A stretch of 64,000 bases of DNA, from contig NC_043000.1 of assembly GCF_006345805.1 (NCBI RefSeq), forward strand, positions 52,514,001 to 52,578,000, given 5' to 3'. Position numbers and translations under genes: made by a program. The DNA is from Octopus sinensis (taxonomy: Eukaryota). How positions within the stretch are numbered: position 1 is the first letter of the stretch; the number at the start of each line of letters is the position of its first letter. Below the pieces are notes generated by a model. The model made no database searches. It had not been told where the DNA came from and was given only the letters and a program-made list of their open reading frames with translations. This document shows positions 37,850 through 50,900 of the stretch, one piece after another.

Positions 37850-38045
37850 TGTGTTGCCAGAATTATTAGAACACCGGGTAAAATGCTTATCGGTATTTCG
37901 TCCGTCTTTACAATCTAAGTTCAAATTTCGCCGAGGTATATTTGCCTGTCATCCTTTCGGGGGTCGATAAAAAAGTACCAGTTGAGCACTGGGGTCAATG
38001 TAATCCTCCTTCTCCAAGACGTGTAACTCTCCTTCTCCAAAATAT
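37850..38045 (+). mobile_element. SINE family B
   Basis: TTGCCAGAATTATTAGAACACCGGGTAAAATGCTT..GTTCAAATTTCGCCGAGG..GGGGTCGATAAA..GAGCACTGGGGTCAATGTAATC. Confidence 0.85.
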
Positions 38046-38178
38046 GAAACCATTAAATACACATATATCGATGTAAGTACGTACGTACGTATGTATGTAT
38101 ATATGTATGTACGTACGTACGTTTGTAAATATGTATATGCCTGTATGTGTGTATATACATATATATGTATGTATGTAT

Positions 38179-38209
<31 letters not shown>

Positions 38210-38238
38210 CGAGAAAGAAGCAACAAGAATGGATAGGT

Positions 38239-38329
38239 TTTTAGTACGATCGTTTCATACAAGGACAGGTTTTATTAAAAGTTGCAAAGATTACAGCATA
38301 TAAACGAGTCCCGTACTCATCAGCTAAAA
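38239..38329 (-). ncRNA. Type I hammerhead ribozyme, intact (sense to the PLE ORF)
   Basis: UUUUAG-CUGAUGA-GUACGGGAC..(~41 nt)..GUCCUUGUAU-GAA-ACGAUCGU-A-CUAAAA. Stem I 6 bp, stem II ~9 bp, perfect palindromic stem III, GUA triplet. Confidence 0.85.
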
Positions 38330-39739
38330 TACATGTGAGATCTCTAGACATCCTAGTGTTTGAGGCTATACTCATGAAGTAATGTAGATAATTAACATAA
38401 ACAGATTTCTAAAGTTCATTAAAGTTCTTTAAGATGATGAACAGTCTTATCACAGAATTTTAAAAAGTTTTGATAGCATCACAGAGAAGGTGACCTAATC
38501 CATATGAATTTCCATAGATATGATGAGGGATTATACTCACAGAAGACAAATTTATCCATTGTTAATTACAACGAGGTGGGTCTCAATTCCTGCTTATTAG
38601 CATTACAGAGAGGGTGAATTAATCCTTTGTATAGATGCACAAATTCCAATGGTGTAGATGTAAATTTCCAGAGAAATGGAAATGAATTTCATATTCACAG
38701 GCGATAAATTTTTCAATGGTTGAACACAATGAGGTAGGTATCAATCCTTGTTATATGATTAGGTATTGCCACATTAATCACATTACTGCTATTCACAAGA
38801 GGCTGTAGCTTTCTAGAGCGGCCAAGAATAGAGAAGGGAATAGAAGAAAAGAGAGAAAATAATGGAGGAGGGAGCAAAAAGGGGGGGGGGAGGGGGACTA
38901 AAAGAGAAGAGAAAAGGAACAGAGAATAAGAAGAAGAAAAAGAAAAAGAAAAAAGAGAAAAGAGAAAGAAATAGGGAAAGAAGGGAAAAAGAAAAAGAAA
39001 AAAGAAGGTTCTAGTTATACAGAAGAGTTAGTAGACTGCAAGTCTGGTTTTAATTCAACAGGCATCTAGGAACTAGAGGAGAATATTATTCTTTGACCAG
39101 TAAACCGGTTATTTATTGCTGTTGAAATCAGCTATGAGTTTAAGAGAATCTAAAGAGATAACACAGTCAGGGGTTAAGGGTCAGATGCTAAAATCACCAG
39201 AAAATACATTAGGAAAATCTAAGTATAATCTTATCAAAAAGTCATTAAAAATTTACTTCTTTAATTTATTCATTTTATTGTCTTAAGGAGTTGTCGTTAT
39301 TATTCATACATTGACTGACTACAGGTCAAATCTTATAACATCATTTACAAGGTGTTAGGGGATTGTCTATCATAATGAAGATAATCATATTATCACCGAG
39401 GGAATAGCCTTATTTATTTAATTTTGAAATAGAATTATGGGGCTACAGTAACTCATTATAATTTATTAGAGTTATGCTACTTAAATTAGATTAAGTTAGG
39501 AATTAAAATTAAATATTACAAATAAGATTTAAATTAAGAATTTAAAAATTGTGAGTTTGAAATTAAATAAAGCCTCAATTAAGTAGTGAATAAGTACTAT
39601 TCATTTCCCTGTTCTCAAAAAACTGATGCAGATATAAGAAAAAGATAACTGTATGTGAGAACTCTTAGTTATCTACTTAAGCAGTGCTATACTAGTAGAA
39701 ATCAAGTTATATCTATCTATCTAGTTACGAATATTCCAA

Positions 39740-40144
39740 TCATTTAAAATATTTTAAAGTCTTCAATTTAGCGTGGACACAAACTTGACCTAGTTCGATA
39801 TGGTTATTCAATAAGTTTCTATGTTTACTATGCTTTAGAATTTCGTACGTCTCCATGGAGCATAGTTGACAACCAACCCTACTATTTTTTATACGGAATT
39901 GCTCTCCTAACTATTTCCCAATTAAGGGTATAATTTTTATTATTATTTTTGAGTTCCCAGATTTTGTTTGAAAGTGTAGTGGTACCAGCTTATGACGTAA
40001 TTAAAATTTAAAAGTCGAGATGTGATTTCTAACTCTGGCTAAAAAATTAATTGTACAGCCAATGTAAAAATATTTGTTATTCTCCGTGGATATGGTACAT
40101 TTATAGATTACATTATTTTCCCTACATAGACCAGGTGCCGGGCA
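39740..40144 (-). pseudogene. PLE GIY-YIG endonuclease remnant
   Basis: CPAPGLCRENNVIYKCTISTENNKYFYIGCTINFLARVRNHISTF..(frameshifts)..IWELKNNNKNYTLNWEIVRRAIPY..CQLCSMETYEILKHSKHRNLLNNHIELGQVCVH. Confidence 0.9.
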
Positions 40145-40961
40145 TTTTGATTTTATTCTACACTTACACACACTTACACTAGTTCCTAGATGCCTGTTGA
40201 ATTAAAACCAGACTTGCAGTCTACTAACTCTTCTGTATAACTAGAACCCTCTTTTTTTCTTTTTCTTTTTTCCCTTCTTTCCCTATTTCTTTCTCTTTTC
40301 TCTTTTTTCTTTTTTCTTTTTCTTCTTCTTATTCTCTGTTTCCTTTTCTCTTCTCTTTTAGTCCCCCTTCCCCCCCCCCTTTTTGCTCCCTCCTCCATTA
40401 TTTTCTCTCTTTTCTTCTATTCCCTTCTCTATTCTTGGCCGCTCTAGAAAGCCCTTCAGCCTTTAAGAGTTAAATAGCTACAGCCTCTTGTGAATAGCAG
40501 TAATGTGATTAATGTGGCAAATACCTAATCATATAACAAGGATTGATACCTACCTCATTGTGTTCAACCATTGAAAAATTTATCGCCTGTGAATATGAAA
40601 TTCATCTCCATTTCTCTGGAAATTTACATCTACACCATTGGAATTTGTGCATCTATACAAAGGATTAATTCACCCTCTCTGTAATGCTAATAAGCAGGAA
40701 TTGAGACCCACCTCGTTGTAATTAACAATGGATAAATTTGTCTTCTGTGAGTATATAATCCCTCATCATATCTATGGAAATTCATATGGATTAGGTCACC
40801 TTCTCTGTGATGCTGTCAAAACTTTTTTAAAATTCTGTGATAAGATTGTTCATCATCTTTAAAGAACTTTAATGAACTTTAGAAATCTGTTTATGTTAAT
40901 TATCTACATTACTTCATGAGTATAGCCTCAAACACTAGGATGTCTAGAGATCTCACATGTA

Positions 40962-41052
40962 TTTTAGCTGATGAGTACGGGACTCGTTTATATGCTGTAA
41001 TCTTTGCAACTTTTAATAAAACCTGTCCTTGTATGAAACGATCGTACTAAAA
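40962..41052 (+). ncRNA. Type I hammerhead ribozyme, intact (inverted arm)
   Basis: Core at 40968-74, GAA at 41035-37, ACGATCGT at 41038-45, predicted cleavage after A41046, stem I TTTTAG/CTAAAA. Confidence 0.85.
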
Positions 41053-41253
41053 ACCTATCCATTCTTGTTGCTTCTTTCTCGCTTATAATCACCCCACATT
41101 ACTGTATTGTTAAATCAGTATAGTTTTTTTTTGGTGCATCTAAGTTAGGTACCATATTCAAGTAAATTCATTTAAATTAACTTGAATCTTTATTGCTCTT
41201 TGTATATATATATATATATATATATGTTTATATATATTCTCTTTCTGTCTGTC

Positions 41254-41298
<45 letters not shown>

Positions 41299-42779
41299 AT
41301 GTGTGTGTGTGTGTGTGACGACATACACAGATGAAGCAGTTAGAAAAGAAACGACAATAGAAAGAGAGCGAAAAAAGATAAGATTGGAGTGCTTGTTCTA
41401 TAATTCTTTAATATCGTTCTTTTGCACAATTCTTAGAAAACTGTGTGAAATAGGTGTATAATTCTGATCGGGTTTCTTACTTAGACCACCTTACAGACAT
41501 ACTCTTTAAAAATATCTATATTCATTTAACTGAATTTGAGTCTCGTCTTGGTTGTCATACTGGGTTTCACTTCGCACATCGACTCTATGGAAAACGGGAA
41601 AGTGATAACGTTTGCTTCAAGCAAACGAAAAGCATCTGTAAGATGTATGTACTGAGTACCTATAAATGTCATTTGTAAATTTAAACGTGTATATATTATG
41701 TTAAGCTCCTTGTTACCGATTGTTCAGTCTTTATAAACATGAACAGTTTGCTGGAAGCATAGTCTCTCGTCTATGAAATAAAATAAAAAAATCTATCTTC
41801 ATTTAATTTAATTATGTGTCAACAAATAAGTTTGCTCTTAATATTCTGAGATACAATTTTTTGAACATCGTTATATTTCTTCAGTACGAAATTATTAAAT
41901 ATATACAAATTGTTAAGAACTGAATATAGAAAAAAAATGAAAATTGATAGAAATATTTAATACAGCTATTTAATAAAAATTAATATGTTTCATAGTCCAT
42001 TTAAGATTAATTATAGTGGAAAGTAAATTTAAATTTAAATGACATATATTTTGTTCCGACGCTACTTAAATAAAAAGTTTTCCAAACCAGTGAATGCGAT
42101 AATTACTTTGGTACTAAATTTGAGATAATTTTTGTTGTTGTCACAAATAGACATCATATGCGTGTAGTATAATGGGAATATATTTACTACTTACTATTTA
42201 AAAAAAAAATGAATACTTTCTCAATTGCTAGTACGAAATTTATTAGCAAAATATTTAATATCGGGAAAATGATTTGTTAAGATATTTTATTTGACACTAA
42301 AAGTCTAATTGAATGTTTCCCGCGTTTTGTTTAAATTTTTGTAATGCAGACAAATAAGAGGCTGGTTTGGTTTTCATTTAATTTTTATGCTACAAGTGAT
42401 ACCGGCAGAGTTTTACAACACTGCAGCGAAGCAACGGATGTTAAAATGAACTGACCAAAGTTATATTGGTTAGCTATAAAAGTAAATATATCAGGCCCAA
42501 AGTACTTATTATGCTTAATTAGTGTAGTTTATTGACATGGAACCTAGAACTCGTATAAAAAATTGTTTCGAAATTCAACAACAATTTTCGGAATTGACTT
42601 TGATTTATCAGCTGCTAAACAACATCTCACCACCAGGTTTCCTTGTGTTATTAACACAATGATATAAAATTAGCAAATTGTCAAATTTGTATAAATTACT
42701 CTAATGTGTTGCGATAGGAATTTACGGAGTATTGTTGGCAACCTTTTGTCTCGGGAGACAATGGAGTTGCGCATAAAAT

Positions 42780-44510
42780 AATCCCGTCCGGTGTTCACAT
42801 TGCATATCCTAATACATCCCCTGCTGTGGCTGTGTAGTCCTCGCCTGGACAAACACTCCCTCTAGCAGGTGTCGCAAATGTAGCGAAGACTTTTGCCATA
42901 GTTTCTTGTTGACGTCTTTTCTTGTCTTTCCATTTCTCCTCTATCCCTCTGAAACTCCTTTGCGTTCCCTCTTTTATGGTGCGTCGCTAATCACCACGGT
43001 TGCTGGCAACCGCTTCCCAGTTGCTAATATTGATGTCGCAAGCCTTCTTGTCCCCTTTTGCAATCATTCTTGTATGGAAAGAATGGTCTTCCAACAGACC
43101 TAGAGCCCCAAGCAAGCTCTCTGTAGAGTATGTCCTTCGGAGTTCATCCATCTTCCATACAACTAACGTGTCCAAGCCATCTCATACGTCTTTGAGTGAG
43201 GGGTGCAAAGATGCTTGGTATTCCTGCTTGCTTGAGGAGATCTTTGTTGGGGACACGATTCTGCCATTTGATGCCAAGGATTTTCCGGAGGCAGCGCATG
43301 TGAAAGATATTTAGGCGACGCTCTTGGCGTGTGTATGGCGTCCAGGTCTCACTGCCATATAGTAGAACGCTAAGTACACATGCCTGGTAGATCTTCATTT
43401 CTGTGGTCTAGGTCAGCTTATTGCTGTCCCATGCCCGTTTCGAGAGTTGGGCAATCACAGCAGCTGTTTTGCCAATGCGTATATTGTGCACGGCATCAAG
43501 GGATAGGTTGTAGGTGACGGTAGAGCCAAGATAGATAAACGTCTCCACCTCCTGTAGTCTGTGGTCTCCAATATGTATGTTTCGGATGTCCGATCAAGTC
43601 TGGCCCATGATGTTGGTCTTCTTGAGGCTGATAACTAAGCCAAATTCGCTACATGCTTGCTCAAAGCAGTTGATGAGCCTTTGCAGGGCTTCTTCTGTGT
43701 GCGGTACTAGAGCGGCATCATCAGCAAAGGGCATCGCCTTGATCAGGACGCTTCTGATTTTGGTCTTGGCACGCAGACGCGAGCGACTGAACAGTTTCCC
43801 GTCACTTCTACTGTGCAGAAACACTCCATATTCTTATGTCTCAAAGGCATGTGACAGCAGCAGCGAGAAGATGCCAAATAATGTAGGAGCAAGGAAACAA
43901 CCTTGCTTTACCCTGTTATTTATTTAGAAGGCAGCTGATGTGCTGTATGCTGCCTTGCATATCATCATGGAAAGATTTGATGATCCTCAGCAGCTTTCGT
44001 GGATATCCGATTTTTTGAAGCAGGATGAAGAGGCCTTTTCTAATTACCAAGTCAAAGGCCTTTATAAGATCAATAAAGGGCATATATAATGGCATTTTCT
44101 GCTCTCTAGACTTCTCCTTAAGTTGGCGTATGGAGAATATCATGTCAATAGTTGATCTGCTTCTTTTAAAGCCACACTGCGATTTTAGATAAATTCGAGA
44201 AGCAAGTAGTTGTAGCCTGAACAGGGTAACGCGAGCAAAGGTCTTTCCAGCAGTGCTGAGAAATGATATGCCACGGTAATTGTTACAATCACTACGGCAT
44301 ATCTTGAGTGACTGTACATTCTTCCCAGCACTGACACAGAAAGTCATGAAGGTGCTGAAGCAGAGTGGTGTTTTAGCCGGCTTTGATGATCTCTGAAGGC
44401 ACGCCGTCTTTTTCTAGAGCCTTGCCACTGGCTGGGAAGTCGACGGAGTGTAGAGCATTACGTTTGGCACCAGCTTGGTTGTAGGAGCTGCCGGAAGAGT
44501 GTCGAGTCGA
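42780..44510 (-). mobile_element. RTE/BovB-like LINE remnant (RT and C-terminus)
   Basis: GKALEKDGVPSEIIKAG; CNNYRGISFLSTAGKTFARV; QCGFKRSRSTIDMIFSIRQLKEKSREQ..FIDLIKAFD; PFADDAAL; YQACVLSVLLYGSETWT; terminal CDTC*RECLSRRGLHSHSRGC. Confidence 0.92.
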
Positions 44511-45169
44511 ACGGAGTATAAAAAATAACTTATAACAAAATGTAAGCATTTTATAATCGTAGTATTTCAGTGCTGAACGAAATACTCGACACATTCATTA
44601 CCTTAGATGATTTTGCTAGGTCAGAATATGAGGTCTGTATTGGAGATATATGCTCGTGTAAACACTGCTTCGGCAAATGTATTGAATTCTTTGCTTCGCT
44701 GAAGATGTCATAAAGAAAGCGGAACTTGCTGAGATTTAATTTAACATCCACATTTTGACACAGAATTTTATTAAATCCAAATATTGCTTTCTCTCTCCAC
44801 ATAATCATTTCACTTTCACATTTAAAGCTCCGTATATTAAATATTGTGAGTAAATGTTAATTTTTTTGCAGAATATAGGTATGCTGTCCTCGAGCATTTC
44901 GAGGAATAATTTAGTTTACTACTCTAAATAAGTGTAAATTCACTTTAGATTTACAACATACAACATGTGGAAAATATTTGAACATGTTTTGCTAATGATG
45001 ATATGCACACACACGCATACACACATGCACGCACACACGAGTGCGCGCGAAGACACACATTCTCACACACACACACATGTTCGTTCTCAGTTATTTTAAG
45101 CACTCAATAAACTAATTACAAAATGAGTAAATTATTAATTATTTTATGCCATCGGGTATTATTTTATTC

Positions 45170-45545
45170 TTTTGTTTCAGCCATGCTGGAGCACCGTCTT
45201 AAGGGATTTTAGTCGAAGAAATCGAACCTCGGACTAATTTTTAGTAAGTCTAGGACCTATCCTATCGGTCTCATTTTGGCGAACCGCTAAATAACGGTGA
45301 TATAAACACACCAGCATCGGTTGACAAGCGATGGCGGGAGGTGAAGGGGGCAAACTCACACATATACAAATATACACACACATATACGATGGGTTTCTTT
45401 TAGTTTTCGTCTACCAAATCCACTTACAAGGCTTTGGTCGACCCATAGCTATAATAGAAGATACTTACCCATGGTGCCAAGCAGGGGTACTGAACCTGGA
45501 ACCGTGTGGTATGGAAGCAAGCTTCCTACCACACAACCACGCCTG
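45170..45545 (-). mobile_element. SINE family A
   Basis: GCCATGCTGGAGCACCG..GAACCGCTAA..CTACCAAATCCACTTACAAGGCTTTGGTCG..GCTTCCTACCACACAACCAC. Confidence 0.88.
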
Positions 45546-45879
45546 CGCCAATTGATACGCCTGCGCTTATCACCACGCGTGCACCTATATTCACGCTCGT
45601 GCTTATGGCCAAGCTTGCACCTATCACCACGCTGCGCCTGTCGTCACGCCTTCGTCTATCGTCACGTTTGTGCCTATTGGCACGTTTGTATCTGTCGCCA
45701 CGCTTGCTTCTCTCACCATGCCTGTGTATGTCTAGCTTTCATACGAGAAAATAGGATACTCGAGCTACTGATGAATTAAATAAAGTTTGAACTATTAGAA
45801 AAGTATTCTCTAGAATTAGTTCGCTACATAAGCAATTTCCTATGTCGAGCAAAATGTGCTTTCTCCGTAGGAATTACTC

Positions 45880-46110
45880 TCGTTCACTTGTTTCAGCAAG
45901 TTGACTGCGGCCATGCTGGAGCACTGTCTTTTAGTCGAGCAATCCGACCCCAGGACATATTCTTTGTAAGCCAAGTACTTATTCTATCAGTCTCTTTTTG
46001 CCGAACCGCTAAGTTACGGGGACGTAAACACACCAGCATCGGTTGTCAACCGATGTTGCGGGGGAACGAAGACACACAAACATACACACGCACACAACAC
46101 AGCCACACAT
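45880..46110 (-). mobile_element. SINE family A, 3' half
   Basis: GCCATGCTGGAGCACTGTCTTTTAGTCGAGCAATCCGACCCCAGGAC..GCCGAACCGCTAAGTTACGGGGACGTAAACACACCAGCATCGG. Confidence 0.88.
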
Positions 46111-47334
46111 TTCAATTTGGTAGTTCGTTCGCATGATGGTTTTCGCATGCCTTGCTGGAAATATTCTATCTAGTATCTTAGCTTTCCATTTCTCAGTTGA
46201 CGAAACTATGTTCTTACGTATTTTTCTTTGTCCATAGGCAAATCATTTAATTGAACGAACGTATCATACACAACGAAAAGGAGCAGTGTCATCAATGTTT
46301 ATTTAAATAACTTAAGCCACATTTTTTAGTTAATAACGCATGCAGCTAATATACAACTTCGAATTTTGCTTGCAGTAGCAAATTAATAGTTAAATCTGCA
46401 ATATTTGCTGAGTACATTAGTTCTAATTCATCGAAAAATGTAGAATCCTTCAAAGTGAATATATATATTTTGCCCCCAAACTAAATCAGTAACAATTTTT
46501 TAATGTGTTTTTAATGCTTCCTAAGAGATTCGCATATTTTGTGTCTTTATTTTATGGATTACCATAGTTCTTAGTTACAGTATTGAGGTTCATATAAAAA
46601 TCGTCTATTCACGTGGAAGCAATTGATACGATGCTCTATACATCAGCTATAGAAACTAGAAATTTCAACCCAATTATTTTAATTTAAAATTCATGTACTC
46701 AACTCTTGCCACAATATGAATTATTTAGTACATATAATTACACAGAAAACACATTTACTTAATGCATAATGATTTCCTGTGGAAGGCCCTCAAGATATGT
46801 CGAAATGAGTAGGATTACGTACGATCACCTGAACGCACGTTTTCCCTTACATATATATTCAACGACTATATTTATATGCAAGTTATTGTGCATGCATAAG
46901 TGCTTGTGCGTCAAAATGCCTGTAGATGCCTGTCTATTCACACAAAAGTATATATATATGTGTGTGTGAGAATGTAGATGCGTGTATATTTCTGCACATG
47001 CATATGTATATGTGTATGAGTGTGTGAATGTATGAAGGAACAGAGAAACAATGCGAAAATTCATCAATAATCATGAAAATTTATTATATGCTTATGCAAG
47101 ATATATGCCTATCGGCTACGCTGCTCTATGCACAAATATGTATACAGCATTGCATTTAGTTACGCATAATCAAATGCGTTTTTATTTTCCGTAGTTATAC
47201 ATGCGTATGGCAAAATTCATATGCGTACATACTTTGGCAAAATTAAAAGTTCTTTACCCAATGAATTAAAATTTCTGTACATTTCTACAATCAATATTGC
47301 AGTATGGCAGGTTATTTGTAGCAACAAGTTATGT

Positions 47335-47340
47335 CGGTAT

Positions 47341-47418
<78 letters not shown>

Positions 47419-47427
47419 CATATACAT

Positions 47428-47461
<34 letters not shown>

Positions 47462-47677
47462 CATACATACATATATACACATACATATATATATATACAT
47501 ACATATACATACATACATATATACACATACATATATATATATATATATATATCTATATATATATATATATATATATATACATACACATACATATATACAC
47601 ATACATATATATATTTATATATTGATAGATAGATATACATATATACATGCGTGTATATGTGTATGCATACATATATA

Positions 47678-47708
<31 letters not shown>

Positions 47709-47765
47709 ATATATATATTATATATATATATATATATATTAATATATATATATATATTATATATT
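47335..47765. repeat. Long (TA)n/(TACA)n microsatellite
   Basis: Read directly. It explains the ORFs at 47217-47789. Confidence 0.97.
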
Positions 47766-48110
47766 ATAACGGGAAGGTTTACGAAATAAACAAAAAACGA
47801 AGGCAGGTTTACGAAAATAACTAAAAGACCAAGGCAGGTGGAGTACAAACAAACAATTGTATGAGTAAGGCGCTCAGGAATAGAAATAAAACAAATCTTT
47901 TTTTCGAGCCTACGCTCTTCGATAGGAAGATACACAGAAAAGAAACAAAGAGATAAACAAGGCGAGGAAAAAAATGCGTGTAGGAGCTAACGATCCAACA
48001 TTGTACAGAGGTTTATGTATATCTTTTGCTAGATTCCTGATATGAAATCGTGTATTGAACACATCGTTATAATTCGGGACGGTCTTAGTTTTTCTTGCCA
48101 AATAAACACA
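47766..48110 (-). mobile_element. PLE terminal-repeat fragment with decayed HHR
   Basis: Minus strand CUAUCGA-A-GAG(CGUAGG)CUC-GAAA at ~47925-47902. Related to the 9133-9197 and 34636-34822 fragments. Confidence 0.55.
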
Positions 48111-48311
48111 CACACACACACGGTATGGTGGGGTGTTATTGTTCCATTGTTCAATTTATGTTTACTCTTGACGCTCGGTTTCGTAGACATATGAAATTGT
48201 ATAGACGTATGATTATTATATGTGTGTGACTTCTGTAATCTGATATATCAAAAGCCACACACAGAAATAGATTGACCGACCCTAAACAGAAACGCGAATA
48301 TGACAATAACA

Positions 48312-48388
48312 ACCCACCACCACCACCGCCGCTGCCACCACCACCACCGCCGCTGCCACCACCACCACCACCACCACCACCACCACCA
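48312..48388. repeat. (CAC)n trinucleotide tract with CCGCCGCTG interruptions
   Basis: Read directly. Confidence 0.9.
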
Positions 48389-49049
48389 ACTCCAGGACAC
48401 TACGCAACATGACCACTAAAGAAAGAATGAGGGAAAAAGACAGATGCAAACAGTATTATGCATAAACCCATATACGCTCACAAAAGACAAATGGCGGTGC
48501 CCCAGCATGGCCACAACTCGTGAGCTGAAACTAGATACAATGAAAATAAAATGAAACATGCACATTCCTAAGATTAAAAGGGAAAATAGAATGAAAAAAA
48601 TAAATGAATACAATAAATGGAAAAATTACGGATACAAGCAACATAGTAAGCAGACTCATATGCACACACACAACGCAAATAACACATAGACTTGCGCACA
48701 CACACGTACGCATAAACGCGTGCGCATATACAACGAACACACACACAGAGGTATTGACGCAAACTCATGCGGAGATAAGGATACACACCATTGAAAAACA
48801 GAATGGGCTAAACATAACAGTAAGAGGCACGAGGAACGGAGAGTCGCTGAAGAAATCGCAGGATGTGTGACGAAAGATTTCCAGCCAAACGATACAAGAT
48901 AAAAACAATAATTATTCTGAAGTGAAGAAGGAATAAATAGTCTGTGTTTATTTGGTAAGAAAAAAATGACCATCGCGAAATATAACAATACATACACACA
49001 CATATATATACACACACACGCATATATATATGTAAATACGTATATATGC

Positions 49050-50900
49050 CATAATTTTAGTGCACTTGCAAGGTATATGCATGATTATAATATGAATCAT
49101 CTCTCTTAAACTTAAGGTCAATACCTTAGTGAAATTGGTGATATGATTCTAAATCATTCTATCATCCTTTTCACATATATCTCTAAAATATATCTGCTGG
49201 CAATCAATTCTTCTTAAAAATATATTTGAGGTTCAATAAATAACTAAAGCATAGTGATTTTCAGTTATAATTTGGAGACTATCATACTTTATGTGGTAGA
49301 TATTTCATAGTCTATCGAGGCTGTGACAATCGTCGTTTGTGACAATCTTCCTAGATCCTTTTATTGATGAGTATCTGATCTTTACAGCCATAAGATCCAC
49401 GTTTACATCCTTCTTGCTCATATGCCACTTTCTATAAAAGAAAAACTATCAATCCAAGGGGACTTTTCATTGTGTCTCTTTCCTTCTGCTCAAATTTTAT
49501 GGGACAGACTTTACTATAGCTGGTATTTTGCCTATCTTCCTGTATAAATTTTTAGGGGTTATATTTTAAAATGTTGTCCTTGAAGAAACTAACGCGCTTT
49601 TCATACATTGCTATGCGGGCAGCTTTAGCACCTTTAGCACATACCTTTTGTTTGATAGTTTCTATGGTGGTATCGATGTCAAATATTGTTTTCATATTAG
49701 ATTCTGTCTTTAATTTTCGGGGTTTTTTGATTTGATAGTCTTGTCAGACTTAATGTATTTGAAACATTCTATGTCAGAATTGACCAGCTTAATATAGTGT
49801 TGAATACGCTCTCGCCAAGGTGGCTTTTTGTGGGAATATTATCGTTTTCTAACCTTTTCCCCACATAGAATCGTTGAGATTTTCGCAGATGCATAGTTCA
49901 GGTGCTTGAGATCTGTAATATCAACATCATTAGCTGAAATTATATCCTTAAGTGCAAGGTGGATTCTACCAATTATTTTCAAGTTTTGGTTAGAATTGCG
50001 GATTTTTGGGATAGTGTCGGGTTCATTCATACGGCTTTCTTTAATTTTCAGCCCTTCAATCATGATTTGAATATTTAGATCACATAGTTCTGTTGGGTGG
50101 ATTTCTGTGTGAATTTCTTCATTTATTTGATTTTCATGATTGGTTCTGCGAGTATTTCACTTTGCTTATCAGTTACATTAACTCTTTCAATTATTATTGC
50201 ATTTTCATCAGCCCATGGGCTCGTCTATCTCCTCTATAGTATCTTCTTTAGCTTCGTACCTTTTATTCCTTACTGATTGCTTAATTTAGTCATTCTCTAC
50301 TTCAGTTAGTAATTTCTGTTTCACAATGTTTCTTCTGACGGGACGGTGGCAAGTTTGTTACTGTCTATATAGGGTCTTACTTCAAGATGTTTCTGTCTCC
50401 AGTTTAAGTAGGTTTGTACAGTATTAGATTTATTTATGGGAATATATATGGCATAATAGAAGGCGTTAAGTACTTCTTTATTATCTCCCCTAGATCGTTT
50501 TTCATTATTTTTCCTTCGGTTATTTGATGACGAATATGGATGGACATCTGTTGCAATATTCCGGTTGCGGGGTATTTCCAGCTCCCGTGTTTCGGGAAGA
50601 TTTGAACGAGTAGCTGGTTTTCTTTCTGAACCTGGTTCATCATTCGAGTACGTGGTCGTTGGAGTCCCGGGTAACGACAAATTCGCTTTGTATTTTGCAT
50701 TTCTATCATCGAGGTATGACGAGCTTGAACGTTGACATTAGGGGACGGATTTTTCTGTTTAGGATTTATTTTTTTGCTTTGACAATACTGCCTCCGCATT
50801 CTCTGCATGTAAATATTGCTCGTAATGTCGCTTCTCAAGGCTAACAGATCTGTATTCGTCTATAGTTTTTTTGGTGGTAGATTTATCTCCTGGCATATTT
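49050..50900 (-). mobile_element. R4/Dong-clade LINE remnant (N-terminal half up to RT start)
   Basis: NKEVLNAFYYA..WRQKH..DSNKLATV; KKPPWRERIQ; KAARIAMYEKRVSFFKDN match R4/Dong N-terminal motifs. Many stops and frameshifts. Confidence 0.65.

Larger units (their letters stand above)
38210..41081 (-). mobile_element. 5'-truncated Penelope-like element with inverted duplication of its 3' tail (arms 38210-39076 / 40179-41081)
   Basis: The arms are near-identical apart from a few substitutions/small indels and one 26-nt indel. The spacer holds a GIY-YIG remnant, and each arm has an intact HHR near its outer end. Confidence 0.9.

Noticed and set aside
43715-43728. CTGATGA on the minus strand as a hammerhead core
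   Set aside because: It is simply the FADD codons of the RTE reverse transcriptase.
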